From assembly GCF_006345805.1 (NCBI RefSeq), contig NC_043000.1:30132001-30196000 (forward strand): DNA of 64,000 nt, written 5' to 3'. Positions within the stretch are counted from its first letter, which is position 1, and each line of letters starts with the position of its first letter. Made by a program: the position numbers and the translations under genes. Positions 38,278 to 51,119 of this stretch are shown one piece after another. A model generated the notes under the pieces. The model was not told where the DNA came from and searched no databases. It worked only from the letters and a program-made list of their open reading frames with translations. This DNA comes from Octopus sinensis (Eukaryota).

Positions 38278-38654
38278 CTGCACCCATATATGTATATATA
38301 CTATATATATATATATGCATTGTGCGTGCATATGTGTTTGTGGGGGGGGGGGGGGTAGGCATCTATGTGTGTGTTTATGTATACGCTTGGTTAAATAATA
38401 TCTGGATAAATGATTGAAAACAGGCTTGCTGTTGGATTTTTTGTTGCCTTAAAGATTAGGTCGTTGTGACATGCTACAAAAATAATGCACGAAATGTTGC
38501 GTTTCTCTGTCACACATAAAGATCGAGACTGATTGTAGTAAATTAGAGACATCGACATGGATCGCAATTCAAAGTAACAGATAAGTAGAGACAGTAACAA
38601 AAGATGACAGAGATACATATAAGCATGTGAATATATATATTCGTGAGTGTGTAT

Positions 38655-38711
<57 letters not shown>

Positions 38712-38827
38712 TCTGTATGTGTGTAACTATTAGGACTGTTTGTTCTTTAGGCGCATGTTTATTAGTATGCCGATTAAAGCACGCTCACTGTTGAGATACC
38801 TGATGTCATCCACTCTTACGGTCAATT

Positions 38828-38864
<37 letters not shown>

Positions 38865-39098
38865 ATATCAGCCAGAGTATCGAATGTTGTTATACCTCAC
38901 TAGTGACAATGTCTCGCGTTGTTTAAGCTTAAGGAGTGTTGAACATATTGTGTATATTAAGGATAAGCAGGCAGTCCCAATTTTGGATAAATTCTCTATT
39001 TTGCACTTTCCTCTATACGTGGGAACTCTGAAGATTCCGGACGAATGGACGAAAGTGCTATATAGAGAATAATACAAATAATCCTCTTTCTTAATGTA

Positions 39099-39664
39099 TT
39101 GGGTTGTCCGGAAAGTTCGTGCCCATTTTGAAAGGAAAGAAAAGGGTCAATAAATACTTACCATTACATTTTTAATCAACCAAATATGAATAATTTTGTT
39201 GCACAATGCGTCTCCACATCTCCTTTAACTTCAAAATACTCTCTTTTCAGAACTGAGGTAATTTCATGGCAAAGAATTCATCAAGGTATCATTTTACGTC
39301 ATCCAAGGAATTGAAATTTTTACCATTAAAACCATTCTGCAGAGACCTGAATAAGTGGAAATCCGAAGGAGCAATATCTGGTGAATATGGAGGGTGGGGT
39401 GACACATCCCAGCCGAACTGCAGCAATTTTTGTCTGGTTCCCAAAGCATCAAGTGCTGAAAATAAACTTTCTTATCTTCCATTTTAAAAGGTTATAAAAT
39501 TAACACAGGTTATAGGAACATAAACATTCTTCCACAAAAAGATAGCTTAAACTGTGCTCTAAATGGAGGTGTAGTCAAATCCTATTTTATGGACTCAACC
39601 ATCTTCTAAAATATGTTGGAAGATAAGCTACTATAAATCAGCACGAGCTTTCCGGACAACCCAA
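39099..39664 (-). mobile_element. Internally deleted mariner element with both TIRs and TA target duplication
   Basis: TIRs ttgggttgtccggaaagttcgtgc / gcacgagctttccggacaacccaa, with TA at 39097-39098 and 39665-39666; minus strand keeps HPPYSPDIAPSDFHLFRSLQN. Confidence 0.92.
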
Positions 39665-39949
39665 TATTTGTATGTATACGTATATTCATAAGCACATATA
39701 TGTTACTACACTGGATAAAACCGGGGAACTTCGATGCTAACATCGTTCTAAGAGATATCTATTCATCGCAATAACTACCCAATCCTTGCTACCCAAACCC
39801 TCGCCTCCCCCACACCCCAACACCACCACAACACACACCGCCATACCACATCATGCCACATCATACCACCCTGCACACACTAGCACTGACCACTTCCCAG
39901 CACCCACACATCACCCACACACCTACACATGCACACATGCACACGTCAA

Positions 39950-40260
39950 GGTCACCAACCCCTATCCACACGCACATACATGCTCTCATATACACAGGCA
40001 CGCGCACCTTCCTTTTGGGATCAACACTACTTTTTTATCTCCCCTTATTCCTAACTCTCCTATGTGACCCTTTGTCCGGTATTCACCATGATTGATCCTT
40101 TTATTATTTTCTCTCCCTGTTTCTTTCACTGTTCCTTTCTGTTGAAGCACGTAGGCTCGAAACGTAAAAGACTCTCTCACTTCCCGAGTGTTAAACTAAT
40201 ATATCTTTTGTTGTTTACACACCCGTCTTCGTCTTTTGTTTTGTTTGTTTTGTGTAAATA
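39950..40260 (+). mobile_element. Penelope-like terminal repeat remnant with a degenerate hammerhead-like motif
   Basis: CTTT-CTGTTGA-agcacgtaggctc-GAAA-CG-TA-AAAG at 40135-40170; same layout as the other motifs, but with a non-canonical core and damaged helix II. Confidence 0.4.
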
Positions 40261-40286
40261 TCAACTATATACATACATGCATACAT

Positions 40287-40353
<67 letters not shown>

Positions 40354-41400
40354 CAGTTTGCGCAAGATATTTGAGGACAGATTTATGTTTATAAAGAAAA
40401 GCAGATATATATAAAAACAGATAATAAATTTACAATCAAAAATGCAATGAGGATAAAAATAAAACTGTTTTTCTCTAAAGTCATTCAATTAAGTCGCTTT
40501 CAACTTCAATAACTGTTCTATAAGAGATCTAAATGGTCTCTATGCTTGAATCAAGTGGTCCTGTTTCATTTTGAACATTGCTCTGATTATAGCGGATATC
40601 AAAGGATCTTTAGTGTTACAGCCGTGTTCATTGACCTCTCTCTCAGCAACGCTCCTCACGCAATAGTCCAGTTTATTGAGATCTGGGGAATTAGGAGGCC
40701 GATTGCTAGGGATTATATGATCATGAAAATTTTCACCCATCTATTTCTGCCTTACTTGAATCATGTGTGATGGTGCAGAATCTTGCTGAAGCACATAGCG
40801 AACACCCAATGCGTAATAACTGTTTCCAGGACCTCAATGTAGGCGGCAGAGTTAACTCTAAGGCTTTGTGGTAAGAAGGAAGGAGGCATTACAGGTCATT
40901 CATTACTGACAACAGTTAAAACTATGAGAGTTGCAGGAAAATTTGTATGCATAACTCTCGGAATGGGTCTGCACATAACCATCTGCACATCTGCACATAA
41001 TCATCTGTCATTTCTTCTGTTAGCTTTTTGATCTTGGTTGAAGTTTTTCTCGCCTGAGAAAAAATAAATCAAATCTTCTTCTGCTGGATTTTTCAGTTTA
41101 AGAGCCTTATTGATCTGATGTAGCGATTTTTTTCCTTTGTCAGACAAAAATTGACATTTCCTCATCACATGACACTTATATCGGATCTCTTCAGGGACAA
41201 AATTTCTGACTGTTCATATGGAGACCTTTTCAGTTGACCTCATGGACTCTCTGGCATTGTAATCAGTTGGCTGTTGAAATTGTTGGATAGCCGCATAAAT
41301 TCTGATGACTTCAGAGCGTTTAGAATACTTTTTACGCTTTGATGCTGGTAATAAGTTTCCATCTGTTGACTAAATATCCAGTGCACAGATATGCTAAACA
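40354..41400 (-). mobile_element. Tc1/mariner-superfamily (DD37D/maT-like) transposase pseudogene
   Basis: Minus strand fragments FFSGEKNFNQDQKANRRNDRW, VMHTKFPATL, RVNSAAYIEVLETV and PPNSPDLNKLDYCVRSVAEREVNEH; terminal cagtttgcgcaag after TA. Confidence 0.85.
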
Positions 41401-41483
41401 AACACTTGGGATCTCCCAGAAACAGCCGTAAGAATTCAATTTCACCTTACCCTAATTAATTATTATAAATAACTTGCGATAAT

Positions 41484-41583
41484 NNNNNNNNNNNNNNNNN
41501 NNNNNNNNNNNNNNNNNNNNNNNNNNNNNNNNNNNNNNNNNNNNNNNNNNNNNNNNNNNNNNNNNNNNNNNNNNNNNNNNNNN
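41484..41583. other. Assembly gap (100 N)
   Basis: Run of N. Confidence 1.
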
Positions 41584-41760
41584 CACGTGTACCATTAACG
41601 TAGTTCTCGGGGAGATTCAATGTAACACAGAGAGTGATAAGACTGGCTTTGTCAAATACATGTACACCAGAAACAGAAGAAAGAGGGGGAGAAGGTTGTG
41701 GCGAATGAATAGAGCAGGTTCGCCACCACCCACGCCGGAGCCTCGTAGATATATATATAT

Positions 41761-41812
<52 letters not shown>

Positions 41813-42190
41813 CACTCCGTCGATTAAGACGACGCGGGTTCCAGTTGATCCGGGTTCCAGCCTGCTCGTGAAATTAACTTGCAAGTGGCCGAGCATTTCA
41901 CAGACACGTGTATTCTTAACGTAGTTCTAGGGAAGATTCAGCGTGACACAGTGTGTAACAAGGCTGGCCCTTTAGAAATACAGGTACAACAGAAACTAGA
42001 AGAAAGAGTGAAAGAAAGTGGCGAAAATGGCGAAAGGATACAGTAGAGTTCGCCCCCATCCCCTGCGGGAGTCTCGTGGAGCTTTAGGTGTTTTCACTCA
42101 ATAAACACTCACAACGCCCGGTCTGGGTATCGAAACCGCGATCCTACGACTGCGAGTCCGCTGCCCTAACCGCTAGGCCATTGCGTCTCC
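41584..42190 (-). mobile_element. SINE family C-related: one partial and one fuller copy
   Basis: 41584-41735 repeats part of 41905-42080; tRNA head (ggtatcgaaaccgcg...gctaggcca) at about 42125-42185. Confidence 0.75.
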
Positions 42191-42344
42191 AAAGTTTGAT
42201 TTACTAAAGACGGCAGTGGCATACTTCGTCTAATCATTTCTCCCTGTTTTTAAATAGTAAGGTAATAATGTCACACGTGACTATGTGATTGTGATTCCAA
42301 ATATTTATAGAATCTCGCTATTCTCAAAGCGGTGTTATAATATT

Positions 42345-42700
42345 TCTTTTTACTTTCTCTAGTCATTGGACTGCGGCCATGCTGGGGGGATCGCTTTGAA
42401 GTGTTTGCCTGACCAAATCGCCTCCAGTGCTTATTGTTAGCTCTGGTCATATTCTATCAGTTTCTTTTGCCGAACCGGTAAGTTTCAAGGATGTAAGCAA
42501 ACCAATACCAGTTGTCCGGCGGTAAAGGAAGACAAACGCAAACACACACACGCACACACACACGCACACACACACACACACACCACATTACACCACACAC
42601 ACAAACACAACTGTCTTCCACAAGGCATTGTGCAATGAGATTGAACCCGAAACAGCGTGGTTGCAAAACGAGCTTCATAACTACACAGTCATGTCAGCGC
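42345..42700 (-). mobile_element. SINE family A, diverged
   Basis: agtcattggactgcggccatgctgg tail and degenerate head. Confidence 0.7.
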
Positions 42701-43099
42701 CTATACCATGTTTTGCAATCCACACTGCCCGGAGAAAAAAAAAAAACGCTATGTAAAAAGAAATTAAAAACGTTAACAACTACAAGAAGATGTTTACTTA
42801 AATTTAGTTCTTTGGCGAAAAATCAATTAAATTTTGTGTCACTGTCATTCTTCATTTCCTTTGTGTTTTTCACTTTTTATTTTTATTTGAGAAGAAAAAT
42901 AACCGCATACCTTTTAACAGCATGAATTAGGAAAAAGAGAGTTGAATGATACACTACAGCAAAAGAGAAGTGTAACATGAATATAAGAGAGAAGATTTGT
43001 CGTTTCATAATGGAACTACCGATAATTCTGCGGCTGGATGTCTTCAGAATGCCAGGTGTGTATGTACTTCTTGGTATTAGTACATGACGGTTGTTATAT

Positions 43100-43115
43100 A
43101 TGTACATATACACAC

Positions 43116-43214
<99 letters not shown>

Positions 43215-43431
43215 ATATTATATATATATAATATATATATATTATATATATATATTACATATATATATATAATATTATATATATATATTATATATATTAT
43301 ACTAATTATATATATATATATTATATATATAGTATATATATTATATATATATTATATATATATTATATATATAATATATATATATTATATATATATATTA
43401 TATATATATTATATATATATATTATATATAT

Positions 43432-43476
<45 letters not shown>

Positions 43477-43496
43477 GGTGTGTATATATATATATC

Positions 43497-43520
<24 letters not shown>
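43100..43520. repeat. Interrupted (AT)n array of about 400 bp
   Basis: Seen directly. Confidence 0.97.
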
Positions 43521-43527
<7 letters not shown>

Positions 43528-44411
43528 ATAGCGACAACATGGATTTCTTCTATCTTCCTACTCTGTTAATGTATATGAGTAAAATTATCTTAATTTGTCC
43601 GACTGATTAAAATTCTATCTATTTGTGCAGCTGATGATAGACCTGCATTTAAACTGATGTAATGATTTCATTGTACAATTAAATGGAGCCGCTTGAAACG
43701 GTCGTACTGCATCACCTCTCGATATCCTTTGCTGACATATATATATATATATATATACGTATAGAATAAATTGATACACCTAAGTGGCAGATGAATGTTA
43801 CTACTAGTTTAACCCCAGGCAGATTCTCCACTACCTGGTTCTCAATGCAACCTTCAGCATCCTTTATATACAATATATCGCTAGCAGGCGGAGCAAACGC
43901 CTACTAATCTCCATTAGATAACAGGATCACGAGCACCGGAGCCAGTCAGGCGACACTGGCATCGGCCACACTCGAATGGTGCTTTATACGTGTCACCACC
44001 GGCACGGGTGCCGGTAAGTTAGCACTGGCATCGGCCGCGACAATAATCTCACTTGATCCAACAGGTCTTCTCAAGACAGTATATTGCTTGACGATTGAAG
44101 AGTACTTTTAAACGAGCCGGTTATGCGACACTGGCATCAACCACCGCTACGATCTCATTTGGCTCGCTGGGTCTTCTCAAACACAGCATCTCTCCAAGAC
44201 GGCAGGGTTGACCTTGCCTTTGGTCCTTTCGCGATCGATAAAATAAGTGTAGTCGAAACTGGGGTCAATGTAATCGATTTCCTCCTCCCTCGAATTGATG
44301 GCCTTGTACCAAATTTTGAAACCACTGTTAATGTTCGTTTTTAGTCCATGTTACATATAAAAGTTAATTTAATATGAAGCTCAAGTTTTACTCATTACCT
44401 ACAAGAAAATT

Positions 44412-45000
44412 CTTCTCTACTCCAGGCACAATGCCCGAAATTTTGGGAGAGGGTAGCCAGTGAATTAGATCGACCCAGTATGCAACTGGTATTTAATTTA
44501 TCGACCTCGGCGGAATTTGAACTCAGAACGTAGCGGCAGACGAAATACCATAAAACATTTCACCCGGCGTGCTAACGTTTCTTATTTCTTTATTGCCCAC
44601 AAGGTGCTAAACGTCGAGGGGACAAACAAGGACAGACAAACGGATTAAGTCGATTACATCGACCCCAGTGCGTAACTGGTGCTTAATTTATCGACCCCGA
44701 AAGGATGAAAGGCAAAGTCGACCTCGGCGGTATTTTAACTCAGAACGTAAAGACAGACGAAATACTTATTTCTTTACTACCCACAAGGGGCTAAACACAG
44801 AGAGGACAAACAAGGACAGACAAACTTATTAAGTCGATTATATCGACCCCAGTGTGTAACTAGTACTTTATTTATCGATCCCGAAAGGATAAAAGGCAAA
44901 GTCGACCTCGGTGGAATTTGAACTCAGTACGTAGCGGCAGACGAAATACCGCTAACCATTTCGCACGGTGTGCTAACCTTTCTGCCATCTCTCCGCCTTT
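44412..45000 (-). mobile_element. Array of three SINE family B units
   Basis: Junctions gctaacgtttc|ttatttc and gacgaaatac|ttatttc. Confidence 0.88.
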
Positions 45001-45066
45001 ACCTACTAGAAAATTGCATGTTTATTAAACAGTTTCCAACCTAAATGGAAACGTTACGACGGTTTA

Positions 45067-45300
45067 AGGTGGTGAGCTGGCAGAAACGTTAATACGCCGG
45101 GCGAAATGCTTTGTGGTGCCTCGTCTGCTGTTACGTTCTGGGTTCAAATTCCACCAAGGTCGACTTTGCCTTTCATCCTTTCGGGGTCGATAAATTAAGT
45201 ACCAGTCACGCACTGGGGTCGATGTAATCGACTTACTCTCTTTGTCTGTCCTTGTTTGTCCCTTCTATGTTTAGCCCCTTATGGGCAATAAATAAATAAG
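45067..45300 (+). mobile_element. SINE family B, full length, with a probable 15-bp target site duplication
   Basis: gaaacgttacgacgg at 45048-45062 and 45300-45314; inverted relative to the array just upstream. Confidence 0.88.
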
Positions 45301-46781
45301 AAACGTTACGACGGGTCAAAGAATACAATACTAAAACAGCACCAAGTCCTTCCTACTAGAAAATATGCATGTTTATTAAATAGTATATAACAATTTATTC
45401 ATTTTTTATGGTTGGTCATATTTCTTCTGTTGTCCTTTCTCGTATCGACCACCAAAAATGTACCCACTCCGTCATTTATTTCTGTATGGCTTGTGTCCTC
45501 TATGGAAGCCCTCATTCTCTATCCTCAAATTGTTCTTACTGAAATTTACGATATTCAAATTGGAGTATTTCACTAATGAAATAATAACGATTACCTAATA
45601 CTTGATATTTAGTTTTATTTTGTATACTACACTGATCTATCGATAATAGTTTCGTTTTCACTCACACCGGAATAAATGAATCATACTCTGTTGATTTAAT
45701 CATCGCTATTTCCAGGCCTGTTTTTGTGCAAATTTATTGTTTCAATATGCAGAACATTGCATAATATTATATTGCTTCCCCTCTTCATTGTACCCGTTTA
45801 TTTCTATTTAAAGCTCCATATAAATATTTTTGGTGTTTATAAGGACTTACCAAACCGGTTACCATCCTTTTCAAAAACCTCTTAGCATAATGATGTTATG
45901 TAATATTGTTTACGGCTGTTACAAAACTTTTACAACAATTTTTAGTGGAATTAAGTGCAAAGGGAAAAAAACGTTGTACAATTGTTAAAGACGTAGAAAC
46001 GTGTAAATAGGTACGAAGTTTTTTTTTTTGTTCTCGGTGTCCGGGGTTCGATTCCTCTGTGTAGAATCTTGGGCAAGTACTTTCATTGCAAAAGCCTCGG
46101 GTTTACTTAGGTGTTTGGAGTGAAACTGCGGAGTCGATTTATGTGGAAGTCCACTGGATGCCCTCGTGCGGGCAGTGCAAATGACCAGCCTTGCCATCCA
46201 TTGTATCATATACATTGTTCCCGAGGATAACCGTTGTGCGGTACCTAATCACTCTAAGTTTTTTTATAATTCGATCATTAAGCGTTGCAATGATCGAACC
46301 ACTGGAATAAACACCATAGAACTCGATATCGATTCATTTACATCAGTTATTCTACAACCTGTCGTACGAATGAGACACACCTGATTATAGCAGAAGTTGT
46401 TTATTCATAGCATTTCTAGTAAGCATTCATATACACTAACACTGAAGACTACTGGCAGAAATTTGACGTTCAAGTATATTTTGCTTCCTGTTCTTGGTGA
46501 CTGCAATTCTAGATATCGTTGCTATTATGTTAAACTGCCGTAAGTCCAAATGTGTTTTTCTTTTCAATATTTATTTTTGCTTGCAATAGCCGGTCCTTTT
46601 GGTCAAACTATCGTATCTCCAGCTGCTTCAGATGCCAAGATATTAAAAATTGTCAAAGTGTAGAACGGTTTTGCTATGGAATGGTGAAATTAGTTTTTCG
46701 TTTTCTGAAAAAGAAACGGTTTGGACTTACGATGCTTTTTCATAATAGCAATGATATGTCTTTCAATAGAATACCACCGCT

Positions 46782-47130
46782 ATATTCTGTTGTGTCTGGG
46801 GAGAGTCACTCTCATTCAGGGCCTTATAATTTAACATACACACCGGTAAAATTTCCACTTATTTCTATTTTTATTTTTCTAAAATGTTCGTTGCGTCTTG
46901 CAACCTTTTCAATATATAAACACCAAAAATATTTATATGAACCTGTAAATAGAAATAAAACTATTGGAAAGGTTGCAAGAAGCAACGTGAAAATTTTAGA
47001 AAACTAAAAACGAAATAAGTGGAAATATTACAGGTGCGTGTGTTAAATTATAAGGCACAAAAAGCGAATAACTCTCCCCAGACACAACAGAATATGCTTC
47101 AATACACGAACTCGCATAAAGAATCTTACA
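46782..47130. repeat. Palindromic element, longer copy of the 6056 family
   Basis: Arms about 46782-46912 and 46962-47095; same downstream tail cagaatatgcttcaa.acacgaactc. Confidence 0.85.
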
Positions 47131-47568
47131 AACTAAATCCAAAAATAAAACTACCGCTATAGTTTACTCGTTCTATTTTTTTTTTCTTTTTTACTAGATT
47201 ACTAAACATAAATAGTAGATGTCTAATACTTTTGTCCAAATTTCCACACATACGTTTGCAATTCGACTGCATATTATCCCTATTTAATCATTATCAAATT
47301 CATTATAATGACTTGTTCCCAAGCGGCTGTAATTAGTGATTCTCTTTGTTTCAAGTTTCCATTTCCATAAGCCGCATTCTTCACGTTGAAATGCCACTGA
47401 GGTTCTTATGAGTTGGTCATATGAACGTTTCCTGTTTCCTCCATATATTATGTAATATCATATTTTTAATCTCGTTTAGTTTTTCTTTTTCGCTGTTTCA
47501 GTAACTTCTGTATTTCTATATTTCAGTGATAAAAAGCTAATGCTAATTATCAATAATTACTCACAGTA

Positions 47569-47730
47569 AGGTGGCGAGGTGGAAGAATTCAAATTTCGTC
47601 GTTGTAGACTTGGCTTTCTATCCTTTTGTCGCCGAGAAAATAAATACCAGTTGAGCACTGAGGTCGATGTAATCAATTTTTTTCTCTCCCTGAAATTGCT
47701 GGCCTTGTGACAAAATTTGAAGCAAATATT
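47569..47730 (+). mobile_element. SINE family B, diverged
   Basis: aaggtggcgaggtgg...ggccttgtgacaaaatttgaag. Confidence 0.65.
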
Positions 47731-47984
47731 TCCTCGCTGCCAACTGAATATTCTTTAAACTCAAAATTTCAGCTCTGCGTTTTGTTAAATTTAGCGCGCT
47801 TATACCCCGTCTCCTTCTTAATAAATTGAGCCACGAACTTTGGGGTGGCGTACTTTATGCATTGTTAACAGTTTCCCAGTTCTTCATTAATATGTATTTT
47901 AATACAATAGAAAATTAAAAAGTAAAAGCAAAAGAAATTACAGGATATCTCAGTCTTTCCTGTCGTAATATTGGTTTCACATTT

Positions 47985-48160
47985 TGACACATACCCTGCA
48001 ATTTCGGGAGAGGGGTTCAACTGGCAATTATTGTATCTACCACGAAAAAATGAAACGCTAAGTCGACCTCGGCTGAATTTGAACTTAGAACGTAAAGGCG
48101 GAGGAAATGCCCCTAAGCATTTCGTCCGACGGGTTAACGCAGCGTCTACGTTGCCGCCTT
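47985..48160 (-). mobile_element. SINE family B, diverged
   Basis: aagtcgacctcggctgaatttgaacttagaacg in reverse orientation. Confidence 0.65.
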
Positions 48161-48878
48161 ACTTCCTGCCTTGATATGAAATCCATTTAGTTTTGATTCA
48201 CATAATAATTTCCTAACCTATAGTGGGCTCTTTCTAATCTGTAATTAAGTACGCTAAATAATTATACAAACATAATTACTGATGAAAATATCCTCAACTT
48301 TGCACAAAATCTGATTGACAGCAACTTTTTTTTTTACATGTGTATATAAATAAATATATAAACAAGAACAGATAGAGGGAATTGCAATTGATAAAATACA
48401 GCAGACAGCAAGTTCGTAAATGAAATGAACTTGGGAGATAAAGTTACTAAGCTGGAAACTGTATTTAGAGACTATTAACTCAAAACTGATAATGATGAAT
48501 TATAGTAAACGCAAACACAGACAGAAATTGTGCTTAATGTAATAGATAACTATTATAAATTGACTAGCATCGGTTGGAAAATGATTGGGAGATACAATAG
48601 TTAAAGAAATTGGAAAATAATATATATTTATAGATTATGACAAAAACGTTTGAACATCTGCAGAGTAACAATACGTTAGCTATTTGATTAATATAAGCTA
48701 GATAAGCAAAAATACAACCATTGGACAAAATGACAAGAAACGTTTATATTAAAGCTCAAATTATAAACCTGCTGAAGCCTTAAAGGAGATCGAACCCTGA
48801 GCAAACCAAAGCGTTGTGAATGGTGTTAGTAGGCGGAAACTGGAGAAGCTTGTCGTGTGTATATATATATATATATAT

Positions 48879-49252
48879 ATCATTGGCGATTTTTTCCCCT
48901 CCGTCTTCTTTTCTCTTGGACTTTCCTCTGTCTCCTGTTTCTGAAGATGAACTTTCCTCGAAACGTAAAATTTACTTTCTTTCCTTCCCTGAGCGTTTGT
49001 TAATACTTTGCTTGCACCACGTCCTCGTTTTTTTGGTAGGGGAATTAATTATATATATATAATTAATTATATATATATAATTAATTCCCCTACCAAAAAA
49101 ACGAGGACGTGGTGCAAGCAAAGTATTAACAAACGCTCAGGGAAGGAAAGAAAGTAAATTTTACGTTTCGAGGAAAGTTCATCTTCAGAAACAGGAGACA
49201 GAGGAAAGTCCAAGAGAAAAGGAAGACGGAGGGAAATAAAATCGCCAATGAT
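48879..49252. repeat. Spacer-less palindrome of about 374 bp
   Basis: The inner arms appear perfectly complementary; the centre (aattaatt-atatatatat)x2-aattaatt is itself self-complementary, with the axis at 49064/49065. Confidence 0.97.
48937..48971 (+). ncRNA. Minimal hammerhead motif; mirror copy at 49158-49192 on the minus strand
   Basis: GTTT-CTGAAGA-T-GA(ACTTTCC)TC-GAAA-CG-TA-AAAT; core intact, helix II only 2 bp, palindromic ACGT as helix III. Confidence 0.5.
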
Positions 49253-49526
49253 CTACGTGTAGCTACATTTTGAAAGAAAAGAAATTCTTTGGTGCAGCTG
49301 AAGCTCGATTGCCAATGACAAAGGGAGATAATCACCTACTGTTTACCTTACTAGCGCGGCACTTCTCCATATTTTGAAGGAGTCTTAAACCAACAGTGTT
49401 TGGGGTTTGAAGATATGCCTAAGGTTAAACCTCTTATGAGGGAGAAACCCAGGGTAACCGCATAAACCAGCCTCCCCATTTTTATATATATCTGTGTGTG
49501 TATATATATTTATATGTATATATATG

Positions 49527-49588
<62 letters not shown>

Positions 49589-49604
49589 ATATATATATGT
49601 AAAA

Positions 49605-49920
49605 GAGCACTCTGTCGACTACGACGACGAACCTCCCATATGATACGACCAACGGAACAGCTTGCTCGTGAAATTAATGTGCAAGTGGCTGAGCACTCCG
49701 CAGACACGTGTACCCTTAACGTAGTTCTCAGGGATATTTAACGTGACACAAGGTGTGACAAGGCTGGCCCTTTGAAATACAGGTAGTACTCATTTTTACC
49801 AGCTGAGTGAACTGAACCAATGTGAAATAAAATGTCTTGCTGAAGGACACAACGCGTTGCCGGGAATTGAACACATGTCCTTACGATCAAGAGCCGAATG
49901 CCCACTAAACCACGCGCCTT
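49605..49920 (-). mobile_element. SINE family C
   Basis: Reverse complement core and tRNA head (gggaattgaacac...ctaaaccacgcgcc). Confidence 0.82.
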
Positions 49921-50431
49921 CACAAACGAATGAAAACACTATGAATATTCATGAACTGATCATGGCGGACCGTCACCGAACAATTGACGAACGTTTTGAT
50001 ATAACTCGTATGTCCTGTAGCTCCTGCCAACGATATTCGAGCGAGGGATTGCGAATGAAAACAGTTACAGCAAAATTAGTGTCTCGCTTGCTCACAGGAA
50101 GATCAAATGCAGTCACAGGTGAATGCGTGTCGTGAACCGAAAGAACAGTTGGAAGTTGATCCGGACCTGTTTTTCGAAGGTCATCACTGGTGACGAAAGT
50201 TGGAGCTACGGAATTTGCAGATGTGGAAGAGGTGAAGAAAAAACCGACGGAAGCGTTAAAATGCATCACTTTGCAAGGTTTCAAGCACTGTTTGGAGTAG
50301 TGGAAAAACGCCTGAACCGATGCATTCGTTCAAATGGAGAATACATTGAAGGCGATAGAAGTCTAAGCATGTAAAATTACGTGAATAAAATAATGTTGCA
50401 AAATTCCGGTTTTTCTTTGGGTACCTCCTCG
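49921..50431 (+). mobile_element. Mariner transposase remnant with right TIR
   Basis: TNENTMNIHELIMADRHRTIDE...AKLVSRLLT, KVITGDESWSYG (first catalytic D), an internal deletion, WKKRL.RCIRSNGEYIEGD-like C-terminus, TIR ending gggtacctcctcg-TA. Confidence 0.88.
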
Positions 50432-50714
50432 TATTTATTATAATATTTCTTTTTTTCCTGGAACAAGGAAGATATGGATTCTGACTCCAACCGTCTTTCT
50501 AGAGTTATATATTTCCTTCTGTCGTTAACACTAGACTGTCTTCTGCCCAAGGCGTTGCACCAATATTTGGCCTCGAACGTCAACCATATTGAACCTTTTA
50601 ATATTCATATTTTTCTTTACAGACTCAGTATGCGCAAGCTCGATCTATACACGAAGGGAGTCGAGAATGACAGGATCCCGAAAATATGAGACGTAATCAC
50701 CAAATATCTTCATC

Positions 50715-51005
50715 TTTTGTCATGCTGGAGCACCGCATTGACGAATTTTAGTCGAATGAATCGACACCAGAGCTTGTTAGCCTGGTACTTATACTATCGG
50801 CCTCTTTGACGAACCGCTAAGTTACCGGAATATAAACACAGACGCAAAGACACACACACACATACGACGGGTTTCTTTAAGCTTCCGTCTACCAAATTCG
50901 CTCACTTTGGTCGGCTCGAGGCTAGAGTAGAAGACACTTGACGTAAAGGGAGCGAAACTGGAATCATTTGATTGGGAAGCAAACGGCTTACCACACAGCC
51001 ATACC
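50715..51005 (-). mobile_element. SINE family A, diverged
   Basis: catgctggagcaccgc tail and ccacacagcc head in reverse orientation. Confidence 0.75.
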
Positions 51006-51119
51006 TGTATCTATGGAAACCCAAAGTTAACTAAAGCAAAGCCGATAATTAAATACCTGATTTTTGTCTCTCCCAAGCTATAAATTGCCCTCCAGTCCAA
51101 AAACAATTTCGATAATAAT

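Noticed and set aside
41584-41735. Duplicated SINE C segment as a biological tandem
   Set aside because: It abuts the assembly gap and may be a contig-end overlap or simply a separate SINE copy.
42995-43055. Minus-strand CTGAAGA...GAAACG spacing
   Set aside because: Helix II and the NUH triplet do not form.
46166-46384. ORF with KFFYNSIIKRC, reminiscent of a Kunitz domain
   Set aside because: Lacks the FxYGGC and GNxNxF motifs and the cysteine spacing.
46960-47005. GTTGC/GCAAC hairpin near GAAA in the palindromic family
   Set aside because: No CUGANGA core upstream.
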